Source of the DNA: Oopsacas minuta
Taxonomy: Eukaryota; Animalia; Porifera
DNA length: 64,000 nt
Reading direction: 5' to 3'
Assembly (NCBI GenBank): GCA_024704765.1
Contig: JAKMXF010000330.1
Coordinates: forward strand, 186,001-250,000
Shown here: one piece after another, positions 60,988 to 64,000 of the stretch
Numbering within the stretch: the stretch's first letter is position 1
How the letters are laid out: each line of letters opens with the position of its first letter
The notes under the pieces: model-generated
Told to the model about the DNA's origin: nothing
The model's input: the letters and a program-made list of their open reading frames with translations, nothing else
The model's database searches: none
Made by a program: the position numbers and the translations under genes

Positions 60988-62718
60988 TTATAGTGTTGAG
61001 TATGGACAGATCTCCGTAGCATTGAGATCAGAACTATTGAACAATCCAGATCCAAATAGTTTGGTAGGAGTAGAATGGTCGAAATAGAACCCCAAACCCA
61101 ATGCAAAAGATGCTATGAACATTGCAATTAGAGCTAGTTTAATCAAGTCACGATACCAACTCTTATTCACTTCCTCTATGAGTATAGGTTTAACATAGGA
61201 AGTCAACAATGCACTAGATTCTATATCTTCCTTGGAAGATTGACAACTAGTGACAGAGCCGTAGGTAGATCCGTTGTCTTTATTGTGTCCATTGTGTTTG
61301 ATTATACCAACGTTCTCTTGTGCGTTACTTGCTAGTTTCCTCCAATCCATACACAATAGAAGTATAAAGAATAATACGGCTTGCACAGCTATAGCAGAGG
61401 CGAGACCGATCCAGTAACCCATTGTATCCATTTTAAGCACAACACACAAGCATATAGCAAGGGGAAGAGCAATCAGCTGAAAAGCTAGTAAGTTTATAAT
61501 GGAAGCGATACCCTGACGACCACACCCCTTTAGAATTCCGCTCATCACTAGTTGAAATCCATCAATAGTCTCGTAAATAGCAGTAATGAAGAGAGTACTA
61601 GTAGCCCCAGCTATGATACATTCATCTGAAGTAAACAAGAGAGGTAGGTGAGATTTCAATAGAAAAACTCCTACAGAGAAATGCATTCCAATTGCTAAGA
61701 TTATAGAAATACACAGAAAAGAAACTTTACGAGCTAAAGCGGGATTATTAGCACCTAAGAGATTTCCAACTCGAACAGTTGCAGCCACAGTAAAACCGAT
61801 AGGGACAGAGAACAGCTGACTACTTACATTAAACATAACTGAATAAATGCCAATCTCTACTTTTGGGTTGGCGCTAGTGCCTCCTACAACCAAAAATCCT
61901 ACCTCAAACGTCCACCATTCAAGACACATCATAATCAATCCAGGAATTCCATACTTACAATAATGTAACCAACCTCTGAAAGCATCACTACCCCAACCAG
62001 GCCATGAAGTGTGATACAAAGGAGAACAACGGATATACATTACATACAAAATAGCCAGAGACCAATATGATATGGAAATTGAGATAGCAGAACCTTCCAC
62101 ACCAAATCCCAGATGTACTACAAACAAGTATTGACAACTGATATTCACTACATTTCCTATAACTGTTAGGAATATGGTAGGATTGACTACATTCTGTGTT
62201 TGTAGAAACTTAGTGGAGAGAGTGAATAATACAACAGCTGGCTTAGCAACACATAAGATTCTCAGGTATTTACCAGCTATAGCAGCTACTTCCACATCTT
62301 GATGTAACAAAATCAAAATGGATTCAGCATTCAACCACAATGCCCAAATAGGGAAACACACAAGTAAGCTAAGAATGATAGCACGCTGGAAATACACACC
62401 CACAAGACGATAGTTCTTACCTCCGTAAGCTTGTGAACACAGTGTATCCATACCAGAACTAAATCCTATCACAATAGATGTACCTGTAACATTAGCGAAT
62501 GACAATGCTAGTGATGCTCCGTCTAAATATGTGCCAACACCAATATGTCCTGTGAATACTAAACTGGTAAATGGAATCATTTGTGCTCCAAAAGCAGTTA
62601 TCACACTTGGCCAAGCTAGTTTGTTAATGATGATAAATTCACGAATCAGCCAGAATGATAGGATCCTTTGGTACCAATTTTTAGGTTGTGGCTTATGAAT
62701 TTGCGAAGTTTCTTCCAT
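60988..62718 (-). CDS. MATE family (SLC47-like) multidrug and toxin extrusion transporter; intronless
   Basis: 576 aa; GMDTLCSQAYG, CLEWWTFEVG, VRVGNLLGA, DGFQ..SGILKGCGRQ motifs plus an extra C-terminal TM helix. Confidence 0.93.
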   Translation of the reverse strand: MEETSQIHKPQPKNWYQRILSFWLIREFIIINKLAWPSVITAFGAQMIPFTSLVFTGHIGVGTYLDGASLALSFANVTGTSIVIGFSSGMDTLCSQAYGGKNYRLVGVYFQRAIILSLLVCFPIWALWLNAESILILLHQDVEVAAIAGKYLRILCVAKPAVVLFTLSTKFLQTQNVVNPTIFLTVIGNVVNISCQYLFVVHLGFGVEGSAISISISYWSLAILYVMYIRCSPLYHTSWPGWGSDAFRGWLHYCKYGIPGLIMMCLEWWTFEVGFLVVGGTSANPKVEIGIYSVMFNVSSQLFSVPIGFTVAATVRVGNLLGANNPALARKVSFLCISIILAIGMHFSVGVFLLKSHLPLLFTSDECIIAGATSTLFITAIYETIDGFQLVMSGILKGCGRQGIASIINLLAFQLIALPLAICLCVVLKMDTMGYWIGLASAIAVQAVLFFILLLCMDWRKLASNAQENVGIIKHNGHNKDNGSTYGSVTSCQSSKEDIESSALLTSYVKPILIEEVNKSWYRDLIKLALIAMFIASFALGLGFYFDHSTPTKLFGSGLFNSSDLNATEICPYSTL

Positions 62719-63557
62719 TGTAGAAAAGGTAAATAAATAATCACAAAATAATAAATGTTTATATATACATTATTTCTCAGGATATAAAGTCATAAATCTA
62801 GACACCCGAATAAGTAAATGGGTCAGATCTACTGGAGCTATTATGATTGAATTAAAGACAGAAATCACTAGCTATGGACAAGACATGTTTGATTCAATTG
62901 CTGCTGAATTAGGCACCATGTCCCAAAGACAATAAGCATCTAAACAGGAGACTAATAAATTGGCTTTGAATACATCATTGCATTGATGGGGTATATGAGA
63001 CACACAAACTAGGAACAATTTACTTTCAATTTTAGAAATGATTACACTAGTACATTTTATGCTTAAGATACTTGAGCTAATCAGAAAATTCAAATCTCTG
63101 TCTAGGGCCAACAGTGCAGTAATCACCATATGCATTGTGTTTTTCTGTAAAATATGGGATAATATTAGTGCTAGTGTAAATCAGCCATAATATGTCAATA
63201 ATCTCAATATGGTGGTAGATGGAATTCAGGCCTAATCTAGGGATTATATAAACTGTATACGTAGTCTATTGTAGTAAACAAATGAAATATATTCATCAAG
63301 TAAGATAGAAATATAAGTGCATCTAATAAGCAAACGCATGAGCTTAAAACCTAGGGAAATTTATGCCATGGGGATGGTTTGGGATTCTCCCAGATTTGGG
63401 GAATGGCGATCAGTTTTCTACTCATCCCCTAGCGAAAAAGTCTCCATTTCCATGTGATTGAGCCATAGGGCTTAATCAGGAAATCATATCCATAAGTAAA
63501 TATATATTTAATAAATAACTTTCTAATACAAGATACGAGTACTATAAATCTCAATAA

Positions 63558-64000
63558 TCAGTATGGACAAATTACATCAGTTGAGTTATGTGTGGAATTA
63601 TACACTATATTGGGATAGGAGATGAAATTAGAGCTTGATTTCTTGAAAGAGAAACCCAAACCAACTGCAAAGAATGCTAAGAAGAGCAAACAAATACAAA
63701 TCTTAATTAATTCTTGATATGATATTTTGCTTGGCATTCTCCATTTCTGCTTAATCTCGTTAGGTAGCAGAGAACTTGATTCAGAACATTCCAGAGACGA
63801 AAGACTGTTGCCATTGAAGAGTTGAGGCTCAGAAAGTCCAACATTAATCATAGCTATATCAGCAACCTTCCTCCAATTAGTGCACACAACGAGTAAAAAG
63901 AATAAAGCCGCCTGAACAAATATAGCTGACGCCAGACCTATCCAATAGCCCCTGGTAGCCAGTTTCAATACAACAGATAAACATATGGCAAGTGGTACAG
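63558..64000 (-). CDS. Second MATE transporter paralog, 3' part only (runs off the window edge)
   Basis: PLAICLSVVLKLATRGYWIGLASAI..QA..F..C.NWRK closely parallels the C-terminus of 60988-62718; frame open to 64000. Confidence 0.85.
   Translation of the reverse strand, partial: VPLAICLSVVLKLATRGYWIGLASAIFVQAALFFLLVVCTNWRKVADIAMINVGLSEPQLFNGNSLSSLECSESSSLLPNEIKQKWRMPSKISYQELIKICICLLFLAFFAVGLGFSFKKSSSNFISYPNIVYNSTHNSTDVICPY

Noticed and set aside
1-64000. rRNA, tRNA, an autonomous transposase or reverse transcriptase, or an SL RNA gene
   Set aside because: None recognised by eye; tRNAscan-SE/Infernal and a repeat-protein search would be needed to exclude them formally.

Overview
Eukaryotic, AT-rich, compact animal-type genomic DNA; the gene style resembles an early-branching animal such as a glass sponge (inference only). 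There are 11 intact-looking protein genes (two only partly visible) plus one pseudogene; all intact genes except GPATCH4 are on the minus strand. Left end: four tightly packed genes with intronless CDS (RFC4, a kynurenine-aminotransferase-like protein lacking its PLP lysine, UBXN1, ATMIN/ASCIZ), then a frameshifted NHL-repeat pseudogene. Middle: three spliced genes rebuilt by hand with consistent GT-AG phases: a 5-exon Vac8-like armadillo protein with a CAP-Gly gene nested in intron 4, a 4-exon very degenerate Tribbles-like pseudokinase, and an ANKS1-like ANK-SAM-SAM-PTB gene of at least 14 exons with GPATCH4 nested antisense. Right end: a PLAC8-family gene and two tandem MATE transporters. 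Introns and spacers carry many non-autonomous DNA transposons (4 Helitron-like copies, hAT and Tc1/mariner MITEs, a foldback-like element with 25-bp arrays) and minisatellites. The most striking pattern: most start codons sit 0-16 nt downstream of a splice-acceptor-like YAG, which suggests spliced-leader trans-splicing/operon-like expression or systematic 5'-UTR introns.
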